Shown here: positions 25,104 to 38,600 of the stretch, piece by piece
Position numbering within the stretch: position 1 is the stretch's first letter
Layout of the letters: every line of letters begins with the position of its first letter
Source of the DNA: Vicugna vicugna
Lineage: Eukaryota
Length of the DNA: 64,000 nucleotides
Direction of reading: 5' to 3'
Assembly (NCBI GenBank): GCA_013265495.1
Contig: MU057989.1
Location: 248,001 to 312,000, forward strand
Program-made: the position numbers and the translations under genes
The notes under the pieces: generated by a model
What the model saw: only the letters and a program-made list of their open reading frames with translations
What the model was told of the DNA's origin: nothing
Database searches by the model: none

Positions 25104-28100
25104 ATGTCTACAGGCGGAGGAGGCATCTGGGCTACCCAGGACAAGGAGAGAGCCCGAGAGGTATGGTTGGGGTGCTGGGTAAGGGGGGCATGCACTGGAA
25201 GGAACTGGAGTGGGAGGGGATTTTCAAGGCAGGCCATTTAGACCAATGGAAGAGTTAGACTCACTGGGAGAGTAGAGGCGGTAGATGGGGTGGGGGGTGT
25301 AGAAGAGAAGATGGTTCTGATGGGAAATACCTTCCACCTGGGGACTGACTTCTATGGGATTGCTTTGCTTTGCCTGATGAATTCGGTAGTCCGCAGACCA
25401 AAGGCTACAGGGATAGTAAGGAGGCTGCATGGGTGTCAAACCAGAGAGTTTTGCTCTCTGAACAGCACTTACAGCACATGCACAGGCCTCTGTCTACTCT
25501 CCACTCTCCTCCGCCTGGGACCCCATCTCCTCCCTCTCTGGATCTAAGCACATAGTCTTCCCTGTACCTGTTGCCCGTGTGTGTAATATAACCTGCGGGG
25601 GAACCAGGGTCCCTAGGCTTAGGACCGGAGCTGGGTGTGTGACCTTGAGCAAGTTCCTTGGGCTTCAGGGACCAGGTGTGTCATCTATAAAGTGTGGATC
25701 ACGTGCTTGCTGTTCCCACCTGTCACGCCAGGTGTTTGGGAGGCTTGGGAATTATGGGTATGAAAGTCTTCTGTAAGCAGTTCATCAGCCCGTAGGAGAT
25801 CATTATTGTAATGTACACAGCGAGAACTCCCACAGCAGCTAGAACGTAGGTCAGAGGAACCTGGATACCCTCGACTAGTATTTCTGGTGGTTGTAAATAC
25901 AAATACAAATCAAGTATTCTATTTTCACACCATAGAAGCACAAAGAATTTTTAACTCTATTCAGTTTCCCTTCCATAATGCTTTTGTAACCCCCAGTGGG
26001 CCTCACACATCTGCAGCATTCTCTGCTGATGTTGGATTCTGTCAGCTCACACAGCAGAGTAATAATAATAATTACTGACGCCACTCTGTTCAGAATATTC
26101 GGGAGCAGGAAGCTCATTCTCACAGATTATCTGTGCACGAGGCAGAGCAGCTGAGTCTCAGAGGCCACCTGGCCTGTGCAGCTCCCAGGCTCTCTGACTC
26201 CTGGCCTGAGGGTCTTTCTCTTTCAGACCTTAATGGAGACTGAGGTGAGTGGGAAGGTGGAGGGCTAGGTTTGAGTTCCCAGCAGAAAGCAGAAAGTCCC
26301 AGCAGTGCCCAGTGCTATGGATGAGAATGAGGCCTCAACAGAGGTGTGCAAGGAGGAGAGACTTTCCCAAGGCTCTTGGGGTCTGCGGGAAGGTGATGTC
26401 TGCTCAGAGTTGAAAGGCTAGTGAGGGCTGATTCTGGATTCGAGCCCTGGTAGCCTGACTCCAGAGCCTGCTCCTCACCCTCCCAGAGGGCTGGGCTGGT
26501 GTGAAGAGGGGAGGGAGGGCCCTGGACTCCCATTGTGGGGGCAGTGTGAGGTGGGTGAGCCTGAGAGTTTTCTTTCCATCAGACTGAAGTGGGCACGAAG
26601 CCTCGGCACAGCTAGAGGTACGCTGGGCTTTTTTTCCCTCATGAAAAAATTCACAACTGCTATGACCAACTGAGTCAGGCCTGAAATGGCCCAAGGCCAC
26701 ATGCCTTCCTGTCACTTTCAGGAAATGATGGCCCTGGGGTGACTTGTAAGTCAGATGCACTTGCATTCAAGTCCTGGCCGAGTCACTCCAAGCTCCATGA
26801 TCTTGACCACTGTCTGATCTTGGAGCCTGGGTGTGTGAGTTTCCTGTATCTGCTGTAACAAAGGACCACAAACTGGGTGGCTTATAACAACCAGAATTTA
26901 TTCTTTCACACTTTTGGAGGTGTCGGCAGGGCCCCTCCCAAGGTCCTAGTGGAGGCTTCTTCCTGCCTCTCAGCTTCTGGCCACTCCAGGTGTCCCTTGG
27001 CTTGTGACAGCACCACTCCAGTCTCTGCCTCCATCTTCATGTGGCTTTCCCTCTGTGCTTTTGTGTCCTCTTCTCTTATAGGGACATCAGTCATTGGCTT
27101 TAGGATCCAATTTTGATGACTTCATCTCAAGATCCATAATTAATTACACCTGCAAAGATCTTTTTTTTCCAAATAAGGCTACATTTTGAGGTTCTGAGGA
27201 GACATGCATTTTGAGGGTACACAATTCAGCCCAACCAACTGTATTAGGTGTCCTCATATATTAAAGACTAACTGTCCACACTGCTATGGGAGGTGTGAGC
27301 ATTGAATTAGGAAGAGACACCTGCCCTGTGGGCACCTGGCAGGGCCTTGATGAGCCTTCCTTCCTCCCCTCACTGTCCTGCCTCATGGGGGTGAGCCAGG
27401 CATGTGTGGGTCTCTGGGGATGGAGTTGGAAGCAAGGCCAGCCTTGCATTTGGTGGGTGTTCTGCCACCCTGGGTGTCTGCCTCTGTGGGTCCCCCAAGC
27501 GTGGAGTTCGGCTGCATCTCCCATCCTCCATCCCAGTGCTGATGGGGTTGTTGCTCCTAGATTTCAGGTCATGGGCATTCTTGTCAAGAAGTGCTTTCCA
27601 AGTCGGAGGAGACAGTGCCTTTGGGAGCCGCTCAGGAGTCACCCCACATCAAGATGGAGCCAGAAGAGTCACACCCTGATGGGGCGTCACAGGAGGCCAG
27701 AGCTCAAGGAGTGCAGGGCTGGATGCCCCTAAGCCAGGGCTCTAAAGAGAAAGTGCATTTCCTGCCTGGTGGAGGTGAGGAGGGGGATGTGGGGAGAGGC
27801 GCTTGCCCAGGCAGCAGAGGCAGGGAGGGGCTGGGAGGGGAGGAGCTCTCCTGCCCTGGAGATGGCCCAGATGTCTGCCCTACCTGCCTCTCAGGGGATG
27901 CCCCCACTCACCCTCAAAGCCTCCTGACCCTCTTTTTGGGTCAGGTCATGGGTAGAGTTGGAAACAGCCGTGGGTGTCCCTGGTAAGCCAGGCATGAGCT
28001 CGCTCAGGGGGAGCAGGAGGGCCAGGCAGGACAAGGTGGCCACCTAAGGACCTGTCTCCTCTCTCAGCCCTCCCCTCCCCCCAGATCCCTGTACTTTCGC

Positions 28101-31100
28101 AGGAGGGGAGGACCAGAGACCGGCAGATGGCTGCGGCACTCCTCACTGCCTGGTCCCAGGTGAGTGTCCCCATCCAAGGCTGGAGGAAATGCCAAAGGAC
28201 AGGGAGGGACAGCGTCTCTGACTGAATTGTCCTTTGGATCCGAGCTCTGAACTTGAGGGAGGGGGCCAGAGGTCCTGAGCTCTGACCATGCTGCCCGAAA
28301 AGAACTCTTGTTTTTGTCTCTTGTCTTCTGCTGCACACAGTCGCTTTGCTTTTGCCCCTAAAAGAGCCTTCCTTGGGCAGCTGCCCTGCTTCACCATCAG
28401 ACCCGAGGACAGGCCTCACTCGAGTCAGCACGATGGGAGTCTGGGGTCTCGCCCATGTCTTGTCACCACCAGGCTCCTCCACCATGTCCTGGAGAGTGGG
28501 CATTTCATGTTGTTTCAGATGCCTGTGACCTTTGAGGACGTGGCTCTGTACCTCTCCCGTGAGGAGTGGGGACAGCTGGACCACACACAGCAGAGCTTCT
28601 ACAGGGATGTCCTGCAGAAGAGGAACGGGCTGTCCTTTGGTAAAGGCTCGCTTGTACTGGGGTGCTGCTGCCTGAGGTCCTGGGAAGTCAGAGGTGGACC
28701 CATCCTGCTGTCGCCTCTGCCTCCGTTTCCAGGGCTTACACCCCTTCTTGCTGTTCATCCAGACCTGGCTGTTGTAGAGAACCTTCCCAGTGATGGACAT
28801 GTTCTGTCCATGGATATGGTAGCCACCGGCCAGATGTGGCTACTGAGCCCTTGAAATGTATCTAGAGCAACTGAGTTTTTGTTTCATCTCATTTTAATCA
28901 GCTCAGACTTGAGCTGAAAATAGCCTCATGTGGCTAGTGGCCACTGTGTTGGACAGTGCGGACCTAGGGACCCTAATTCTCTTCAGTTCTCCCCTAGTGC
29001 TTATTCCTGGAGTTTCACCCCAGCCTCCTTCAAGCCCAGCTTCTGAAGTGTCTGAGCAGAAAGCTTGGCTCTGGAGTCAGGCTGCTAGCCTAGGGAGTCA
29101 GGAATGGTGCCAGCTAATCTCTCCTGGCCTTTGACTCTGAGATGTCCCATCTGCCCCAGGGCTGTGTCCTCTTCTCAGAGGGGCCCTGGCTCCCTCTATT
29201 TCTCTCATGGTAAGTAGTTTAGTCCCAGGGCTTTGACTTTGCAGTTCCAGGCTCTAGTTTCCATGGCAGAATTTTATGAGGGTGTATGGAAAAATCAGAG
29301 CGTTCATTCATTCATTGTCATTCTTTCAGTTAGTCAGTCTGTCGGTCAATGCACTTCTGTTGCCTACCTGCTAGTCCAGGCAGAGCCAGGGGCTTGGTCA
29401 GTCTACCCTTTGACTTTGATAGTGGGCCGAGACCCCTCACTGTCCCTGGTGGGCCCCAGGGTCACAGCAGCCGCCCTGCTTATGCCTTTAATTATCTCAG
29501 GTTGCTCACAACCCATTGTTAACACTCTCTGGGCCCCAGACCAGCAGGTCCAGGCAGGTCCTGGGAGATCAGAGGGAACTAGCACCCACTTGCAGCCCCA
29601 TGGCGGGCCTCATGAAAGCCCTAGACCGCCCAGTTGGTCCAAACATTCCTTCCCTCCCATGGGGGTTAGATCAGGGCATGGAGGCCAGGGCCCCTCTACT
29701 CTCTTCCTGACCTAGCCAGAATTTCTAGGCCTTCACTGTGGGGGACTTGGCAAACAGACCTTTGGTCTCTGACTTCTAGGCAGTCAGTGTCCCTAGCTGT
29801 CTTAGCCCAGGCCTTCCACTTGGCCTCTTTTTGCCCACTGTCCCTCCCCCAGTCCTTTCTGTCTGTGGTCTTGGAAAGGTGCAGGTACAGGAGAGGAAGA
29901 CAGTGTTTTGTTTCTGTCATTGCTGGGCCCACTCCTTGGGGCTGTGTGACATAAGGTGGTGGCCAGCAGCTGACCTGGCCCAGCCCCTCTCCCTTCAGTT
30001 CTCTTGCTTGTTCAGGGAAACAAGAGATTCCAGATGCAGCCCAGGAAGAGTGCATGTGGCAGTTACCCTGGAATGTGCATCCTAGAGAGGGGGTGGCCAC
30101 CTCTGCACCCCTTCTCCTTGTGCTCTATCACCTCTGGAGAGGGGGTGGGGGCATGGGGGAATCTCCTGCTTGCAGCCCAGAAGGGCCCTGACTGAGTGCA
30201 GCATCTCTTTCCAAGCAGGGTTTCCCTTCAGCAGACCTTTCTGGGCCTCTCAAGTGCAGGGCAAGGGCGAGGCCTCAAGCTCCAGCCGACAGACGGGAGA
30301 TGAGGAGAGGAGAGGTGTGTGCAGCAGTGACAGGTGGGCGGGCCCCGGGGCAGTGTGGTCATGGTTGTCACTCCCTTTGGTGCTCTTTGTCAGAGTGCTC
30401 TTTGTCAGAGTGCTCTCTGTTTCCCATGGTGCTCTTTGTCAGAGTGCTCTTTGTCAGAGTGCTCTCTGTTTCCCATGGGGTGCAGACACAGCCCTTCCTG
30501 GGGCAAGGCCACAGCCTCCCCTCCCCTGTAGAGGGTGGCTCTTCCGGGGTTCCCCACAGGTCCTGGCCCTTATCTCCACCTCCCAAATTCCCCTGAGTCC
30601 CTTGTGAAAGCCTTTCTCTTGCTGGAAACCCTCTTTATCCAGGAGCCATGGAGGTGGGGAAGGAGGAGCTGGCCCCATCTCTGGCAGCCCTCAGGGATGT
30701 GAAGTCCTTCAGAGGCAGGGTGGAGAGAGCCCAGGGGGACGCCCTGCAGTGCGGGCAGCCAGTGGCCAGCAGGCAGAGCCCAGGGCCAGCCAAAGACGGT
30801 GTGCAGCCCGCTCCCTTGGAGGAGGGACAGCCCAAACCAGCCCCGCCTGACAATGGCCTCCCAAAGGCCCAGGAGGGTGGCTTCCCAGAGCGACCCAGAA
30901 ACCAGGAGACCACCGCCCCTGAGAGCAGCGAGGAGGGCCTGGCTGTCGACGGCGACGCGGACAAGAAGACCTACACGTGCGAGCAGTGTGGCAAGGGCTT
31001 CAGCTGGCACTCCCACCTGGTGACACACCGGCGCACACACACGGGGGAGAAGCCCTACGCCTGCACGGACTGCGGCAAGCGCTTCGGCCGCAGCTCGCAC

Positions 31101-31709
31101 CTCATCCAGCACCAGATCATCCACACCGGCGAGAAGCCCTACACCTGCCCCTCCTGCTGGAAGAGCTTTAGCCACCACTCGACGCTGATCCAGCACCAGC
31201 GCATCCACACGGGCGAAAAGCCCTACGTGTGCGACCGCTGCGCCAAGCGCTTCACCCGCCGCTCGGACCTGGTCACCCATCAGGGCACCCACACGGGTGC
31301 CAAGCCACACAAGTGCCCCATCTGCGGCAAGTGCTTCACGCAGAGCTCGGCCCTCGTCACCCACCAGCGCACCCACACTGGGGTCAAGCCCTACCCATGC
31401 CCCGAGTGCGGCAAGTGCTTCAGCCAGCGCTCCAACCTCATCGCCCACAACCGCACGCACACCGGCGAGAAGCCCTACCACTGCCTCGACTGTGGCAAGA
31501 GCTTCAGCCACAGCTCGCACCTGACCGCCCACCAGCGCACCCACCGCGGGGTCCGGCCCTACTCCTGCCCGCTGTGCGGCAAGAGCTTCAGCCGCCGCTC
31601 CAACCTGCACCGGCACGAGAAGATTCACACGGCGGGGCCCAAGGCCCTGGCCATGCTGATGCTGGGGGCGGCCGGGGCGCTGGCCTCACCCCCACCAGCT
31701 CCCACCTAG
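25104..31709 (+). CDS. ZNF205: KRAB C2H2 zinc finger protein ZNF205; coding exons 25104-25160, 27561-27774, 28068-28159, 28519-28639, 30219-~30314, 30643-31709
   Basis: KRAB-A ([31 protein letters not shown]), 8 C2H2 fingers, C-terminus [24 protein letters not shown] matching human ZNF205; ATTAAA at 31881-31886. Exon 5 donor ambiguous. Confidence 0.95.
26830..27245 (-). mobile_element. MaLR (MLT1-like) LTR in ZNF205 intron
   Basis: ctgctgtaacaaa...accacaaactgggtggcttataacaaccagaatttatt...ttccaaataagg, a typical reverse MLT1. Confidence 0.75.
30380..30477. repeat. Nested tandem repeat: 49-bp unit x2, each with two 15-bp subunits
   Basis: (gtgctctttgtcaga)2 gtgctctctgtttcccatg repeated exactly twice. 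Confidence 0.95.
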
Positions 31710-34119
31710 GAGGCTAGGAGGGAGGGGCCAGGTGATGGGAGCAGAGGAGGGAGGGAGAGGAGCAGCTGGGGGGGTGTGGCCTGGTGAGGCCCAGGAAGGG
31801 AGCCGGGAGGTGCTGGCATGGGGGTGGGGCGCGGCAAACACAGGAGGATCTAGGGTGAGGAGCAGGCATGCTGGCCACAAATTAAAGGCCTTGGAATTCA
31901 AGCCACAGCCTATAGCTCTGTCTCCTGGGGCCCTAGAGGCTGACCCTGGACTTGAGGGTGGAGGGTGAGGGGAACTCCTGGGTCAACCATGCATCTTCAC
32001 TCAGCCATCACTGAGTCATCCCTCTGGGGTCTTGGACAGCTTCCTACCTTGCCTTGACCTACCTAGGGACCCATTCCAGATTCTACAGGCCAAGGCTTCT
32101 GAGCACAGAGGTTTCCAAACCTGAAGCCCACTAGCCACGTCTGAAATCGTGAACTCCAGGTGGGGTGGTCTGCTGGTGTTGTCACTCTCCTCCCAGAGGC
32201 GTTGCCCACTGAGCTCTGGACCCTCCCTTGGCTCTTCTCTTTGGGAGCCAGAAGCAGGGCAGAGCCAGCATGAGAATTCATGTTGAGTGTCTCCTGCCTA
32301 CCCTGTCTCCTGTCTCAGGCACCAGGGCCTGCATTTTGTGACTGGTCATTTTCATCTGCGTCCACTGGGGCTCAGCTGTAAGCCAGCAAGGCCTTCTCAC
32401 TTACTCGGAACCACGGCCCCTCCTGGTCCTTTCTCAGGCCGCTGCCAGCTCCCTCTGCTACTTTTCATCTTCTTGGCCTCTGTCCTTTAAATTTGCCCTA
32501 CCCACCCCTGCCTATCTGTCTCACTCCTGGCTTTCTGTATTTTTACCTCTGTAGCTTCCCATTCTCTCATGTTTCTTGGGGAGGGGTGGGCTCAGCCTGC
32601 TTATTATTCTAGATTTGCTGGTCAGCTCTTAAGATTACATTCAGTTCTGATGCCAGCTGGCTATGAGGATGTCTGCATCCGGGAGGCTGCTAGGACCCCA
32701 CCTGTCTCTGCGGATCACAGGGCCTGCAGGGCGTTCGCAGTCCTGGTTGGCTCCCAGCCCCTAAGGGATGAAATGGCTTGAGCAGGACTGAGACAGTAAT
32801 AACAGCTGCCAGTCATGGAGCAGCTGCCCTGCCAGGCATGGGGCCAAGAACCATATATATATACGTCACCTTAACTCTGCACCTCTGAGCAGTGGGTTTT
32901 ATCTGTTTTATGCATGAGGAAGCAAGTTGAGAAGTCCAATAACTTGCCCAAAGTCATTCAACCAGACAGCTGGAAGCTAGGATTCAGGTCCGGGACTTTT
33001 ATCCTGTAAAGAATACCTCTGTTTCCATGCACCCCAACAGCTATTGACTGTCTAATTAGTGCATGACATTATGAAGCAGGGCTGTCTATAAAGAGTAAGG
33101 TGAACAGTAGAGTTGACCTTCAGGGGCATTGGGCTCAGCTGGAGATTGAGGAGTGATGTAATCAGCTGGTCGCCAGGAAGCTGCTGACTAGTGGGGGCCC
33201 AGGCAGGACTCGGTAATGTCTAGGGCTGGGCTGCTGGCAGGAGTGGTTGAACTAGTTGGCTCTTTCTTGAAGAGGTGAGAAAAAAAGCAGTTTCTTCCCT
33301 CCAGCTTGTCTTCATGGCAAGGGTCACTCATCCAGAAATGGGGTTTCTCTACTTGGTTCAGTGTGAGGGCCTGAGGGGGTCTTGTTCACATAAAGCAGGC
33401 TCACTGCTTCCAGGAGCTTGTCTTCTGATGCAGAGACAGAGTGAGAAAGGCTTGTTAAAACCAACTAGGAACTGTCATCACTTGGCTGAGTGGAGCACAG
33501 AGTACTCATTAGCACAGTGGGTATTCACCTGCCTTGATTTCAGTTCCTTGGGCCACGTGGCCCTTGTGTTAGAACTCGAACTGCTTGGAGGTCTGTCGAG
33601 TGGGCCAGGGAGCCATTTAAAGTCTTTGCTCTGGCCTCTGAGGAGCTGAGAGACCACAACATCCAGGAGAAACTGTGTCCCCCTTTCCATAGCACAGTGC
33701 AGAGGAGCCTGATTCCAAGGGTGCCATGAGTCTCTGTCCTCTTCTCCCTAGAGATCCATCCAGAGGCCACCATTCTGAGATAGACCTGGCTAGAGAGTTT
33801 TAAGAGTGGCACTTGGCAGTTTGGGAAATATTTGACAAAAACAGTTAAGACTGAGGAGGTAGCTGGAGCATTGTGGAAGAACCTAGACGGGCAGGCTGGA
33901 TGGTGTTCATGATTTGGTGGGGTGATGGAACATCACTGAGCTGGGCTAGGGGTGGGCAGGACTCTAGAGAAAGGTTTTGGTGGCCCTGGGGAGCTGGTGA
34001 GGAGGCTTAGAGGTGGCCTGCTTCCTCCTGGCTTCTGCTTACATCTGACAGCTTCTTGGCACAGGAGAACTGATTGCCACGGTTAACCTGCACACCTGGG
34101 CCTCATGGAATAGGACTAG

Positions 34120-35050
34120 GGAAAGGCCGGCGGGGTTGGGGTTTGGGGCGATATTTCCTCGGGGCTTCCTACCCTCTCTCTGCGGCGCCAGCCCAGGACC
34201 TTACTGAAGGTGCGCAACCTTCCCCGGGACAGGCCGGGTCGTAAGTCTCAGCACAGCGCTAGGCTGGGAAGTCCTTCCTGAGCTCGTGTGACCCGCGGGT
34301 GGTGAGGTCTGGAGACCCACCAGGATCTGTCGGCGGGTTCGCCTCTTAGTCGGGAAGATGGGTTCCAGAAGGTCCAGTCCCTTCCACTCTGCGCCTTGCC
34401 AATCAAGTGCCGGGGTGGGTGGGGGTGGGCTCTAGCAAAACTGGCCAATTACGGCTGACGTTTTTTGCCGAAGAACCCCTTTTTTTCCCTCCACGCCCCA
34501 AACCCGCACGGTTGCCTGGCAACTTTTCGAAGCTCTGAGCTTGAAACTGGCTTTTTCCTTCCGCCCAGTGTGCGTTGCGAAAGGAACCAACTACCCCAGC
34601 TGGATTCCTGGCTTTATCGCCAACCGCCGAGAATTCGGAGTCCACGCCGGGCCCACCACCGAGATGCCGACCCTCCTGCGGTCCTAGGGAGGGAGCGGCC
34701 AGAGGGCGGGGGCCCGGGCCAGAGCCACTTCTGGCTTCGCGAGCGGAGCTGAGTCTTGTTGCTGCCCAGAGATCTGGGGAGCCCGAGCCCCGCGGCCACA
34801 TCAGGCGGTGACAGTGGCCGGCATGTCTGCGGCGCCGGGGGAGCTTGGACACCGCCTGCCGGCGCTCTGGCACCTTGTGAGGCCTAGAGCAGGGCCTAAC
34901 AGTGCCGCCTGGAAGAGGACGCCGGTGCGGAAACGACCTAGAAGACCTTGGTGCTTTTGCTGAGAGCCAGGAAAGCTGAGGCAGTCAGCGAGGGGGTGGG
35001 GGGCGCGTGGTTCTGGGTGGTGCGGGGGTGGTAGCAAAGGGCGGGGAAAC
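34120..35050. promoter_or_regulatory. Intergenic CpG island
   Basis: CpG-rich with CCAAT boxes and GGGCGGGG; no adjacent coding exon found. Confidence 0.55.
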
Positions 35051-37073
35051 GTTAAATAAGGGCTTTGCTGCATTCACTCATTCATTTTTCAAATACGAAA
35101 CGAATGCCCGAGTTCCAGGTCCTTTACTAAATATTAACGAATAAGCGATGAAAAACTGAGACAAGAACCATGCCCTCACAGGGTTCTGCTCTACTGAGGG
35201 AGGCTAAGTACATAAATGACACATACATCAATTTCAAGTAGTAACAGATGCCAGAAAGAAACAAGTGGGGTGAAGCAATAGAGGCTGTTAGGAACTGGTT
35301 GTCAGAGAAGGCCCCTCCAAGGAGGGGATGTTTAAACTGAGACGTGAAGAATAACAAAAAGCCCTTTTACAAGGATTTCAGGGCAGAACCTTCTAGGCAA
35401 GGGGAACAGAATGAATAAAAGCCCAGCCATGAGGAAGAGGTTGGTGTTCCAGGAAGTGAAATGACACTGTTTGGGGCGGGGGCGGGGGTGGGGGGATAGG
35501 AAGGAGAGAAGGCTGGAGAGGTGAGACTTATGAGAGGCTGTGGCCTGATGTTTCTCCCTAGTGTCCCATGGAGGGTGAAGAACAGGAGGTTATGAGGATG
35601 GTTCAGCCTTCCTCATGTGCATGCTCTTTGGCCATCCTGTGATCAGACAGGCTTTCTGCCTGGGTTGCAAAGGCAGCACTCTGGCCTATGCCTCAGTGAC
35701 CTAGAGCAAACACCAGTTTTTCTGTTCTCAACTAACAAAGCTCCAGGGTAGCCCTGAAGATGAATACAATCCAACAGGGCGCTGATCAGAACAAGTTGGG
35801 CTCAATAGACAGTTAATCATAAATCATTTTTAAAAATCTTAACATTGTTTAGAGAGTTCTGTACAATGAAAAAGGCTAAGAAAATAATGAGTGTAAATTC
35901 TGGAAATGAATAAAAATTTTCTGGAATTTTTTTTTTCATTATAGAGTGTATTTTCTAGCTACAAAATAAACACTATCAGGAGGAAAAGAAAGTGCAATAA
36001 GGTGGTCAATTTCAATATAATTATATACAAATAATTTATCATCTACAAGCAATCCCCAATAATATATACAGTAGGTGTCCTAGTTATGAATTGTCTCTCA
36101 GCCCCCAATACATCCTTTTTGTCCTGCTTTGTGATAATGGAGCCGGATCTGTAGAAGTTTCCCCTTTGCAAGCCAACTTGATGTTAGTCTTTGTCGGTAG
36201 AGGGCATTGGAAGAACACTGTAAGGCCACAGTGGAAAATGATTTTTCAAGTTCCTTTCTTGCTCGGTTTTCCACTGGGGCCAGTAGGGGGAGGAGAGGGA
36301 GCCTAGTAGCATCTTCATAGAACAGTCTTGGCTCATCCCCTCCAGCAAGTTGTTCAAGAAAATGCAATAAAGTGTATGTAGTAAGCATCCCCAAATACAG
36401 AAATAGGGAAACAGTCCAAATGTCCAAGAGTAAGGGAGTTTAAATGGACTATGGAAATTTCATGGTATGGAATACTGTGGAACTTGCAAAACGGATGATT
36501 TTATTTATAAATGCTGACTTAGAAATATATCTTTTTGAGCCAACAAAACCTTATATAGAATGATTCCAGATTTATATTGGAAATATTCATAGATGTAGAA
36601 CTGTAAGAACAGACTAAAATATTAGTGCTTATTTCTGAATAGCCTTATTAGAGATATTTTAAACTTTCAGTTATTTTTACCTTAAGTTACTTAACAAATA
36701 ATGTGCCAGGCACACTATTTTAGGTGCTAGAAGTAGCGCAGTGAAAACATCCTCATGGAAATTATAGTCGAGTAGTTGCGGGGGGGATATCATACAAATA
36801 CGTCAGGTAGTGATAAAAGTTAGGGGGAAAAATAAGGCAGGGCAGAGGTATGGCCAGGGGTGGGGGGGGTACGGAGGTGCTGTTTACATAAGGTTAGAGA
36901 AAAACTGCTTTGAGGGAGTGCCATGTGAGCAGAGTGAGGAAGCTAGCCTTGTGGATATGGGTACTTTTATTATAATTTCCATACTTTCTTAAGTTTCTTT
37001 CCTACACTAAGGACGCAATACTTGCATAATCAAACAACCACCACCACCACAAGAAATGGTTCTATTTCAGAAA

Positions 37074-37695
37074 AAGATTTGGAGCCTAAGATTTCCAAGA
37101 GGAGTTAAGAAAAGGGTGGGAGCAGGTCCAAACGCATGGAAAGGAGAACCCAGAGCTTCCCCGACGCGGCCTGCCTGCTTTAGATTCTCCCCAGCCCGGA
37201 GACCCCCGCCATCCTTCAGTCCAACATGCTGGTGGGAGAGCGCGGGACTCCTCGGGGGTCAGAGTCCGCAACTGCCGCGTCCTGCTTACAGACCCTGGCC
37301 GACCTTCGGGAGCAAAGAATCGCCGCAGGAAGTTCCGTGCCCTTCACTGGACTGCATTTCCCAGGAAGCTTCCAAGGCCCGATTTCAAGATTTGGAGCCG
37401 AGCCTAAGATTTCCAAGAGGAGTTAAGGGTGGGAGCAGGTCCAAACGCATGGAAAGGAGAACCCAGAGCTTCCCCGACGCGGCCTGCCTGCTTTAGATTC
37501 TCCCCAGCCCGGAGACCCCCGCCATCCTTCAGTCCAACATGCTGGTGGGAGAGCGCGGGACTCCTCGGGGGTCAGAGTCCCCAACTGCCGCGTCCTGCTT
37601 ACAGACCCTGGCCGACCTTCGGGAGCAAAGAATCGCCGCAGGAAGTTCCGTGCCCTTCACTGGACTGCATTTCCCAGGAAGCTTCCAAGGCCCGA
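37074..37695. repeat. Near-perfect tandem duplication, period about 313 bp
   Basis: 37074-37382 repeated at 37387-37695 with one substitution and two 5-nt indels. Confidence 0.95.
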
Positions 37696-37699
37696 GAGG

Positions 37700-38600
37700 A
37701 GCGGCTAAAGACTTGGGCGGGGGCGGGACCCAAAAAGCTATAAATGAGTCTCTCAGGGCCGAGCTCCAGCTCCTGGCCCACGGCGCCTCCAGCCCTCCAC
37801 CCACGCTGGAGCGGAGTCAGGGGCGGAAGGCAGCGTCCGCGCTAGAGCATCCTTTCCGGCGGAGCGGGCGCTCCATTCGTAGCTGGGCCAGGCGACGTCT
37901 CTGCCCACCAGGCCAGCCTTGGCCTCCTCTTTTCACCCCTTACAGGTCAAAGCAGCACAGAAAACTGAACGATAAACGGAGAGGGAGGAGGACCGCGAGG
38001 GTATTGTCGCACATCCCAGCTGGGGGCATAGGTGCTGATGCGCATGGCGTCGCTGCCTTCTGATTGGCCACCCTTGGGCATTCTCCTCGTTCATTGGTCG
38101 TCCATCAAGGAGGAGGCAAGTTTGATTGACGAACAGCCTCCTGGGCGGTGTAGTTCGTAGAGCTTGCCTTGACGCATGCGCAGTGTCGTTCCCCCTCGAG
38201 CCCACACGAACTTCCGGTCTGGGACTTGGCGGCGGAACTGGGAACGCCTGGGAGACTGTGGGAGGTGTGTGTCCTGGGGGCGGGACCGGCGACGCGGGCC
38301 GCGGAGCTCAGAGGTCGAGAGCGGGGCTCCGGGCTACCAGGATCGGCGCCCGGAGGCAAAGATCGTAGAGGGTGCGCACCACTGGGAAGTGCCGGGGGAA
38401 GCCCGGGGCGCCGAACCCACTGTCCAACCCTCCTCCTCTCATCTCCGCGGAGGCAAGGCGGCTGGGACCCAGCGCGGGGCTCTGGCCCGGCCCGCCTTCC
38501 CGCCTGCCTGCAGAGCGACCCTGGTGAGTCCCTGGCTCTCTGCGAGCGGAGCCTCCTCCTCGGTCACTGGAGAAGGAGAATGGAGCGCGTACCTTTCAGG
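37700..38600 (+). promoter_or_regulatory. ZNF213 CpG island promoter
   Basis: ZNF143/SBS-like motif 38141-38155 (reverse), NRF1-like GCATGCGCA 38174-38182, ETS ACTTCCGG 38210-38217, inverted CCAAT boxes. Confidence 0.75.

Noticed and set aside
30380..30477. Repeat-spacer-like pattern resembling CRISPR
   Set aside because: Eukaryotic intron; the units are contiguous tandem copies with no unique spacers.
30570..31628. 352-aa minus-strand ORF
   Set aside because: Antisense shadow of the ZNF205 zinc-finger array.
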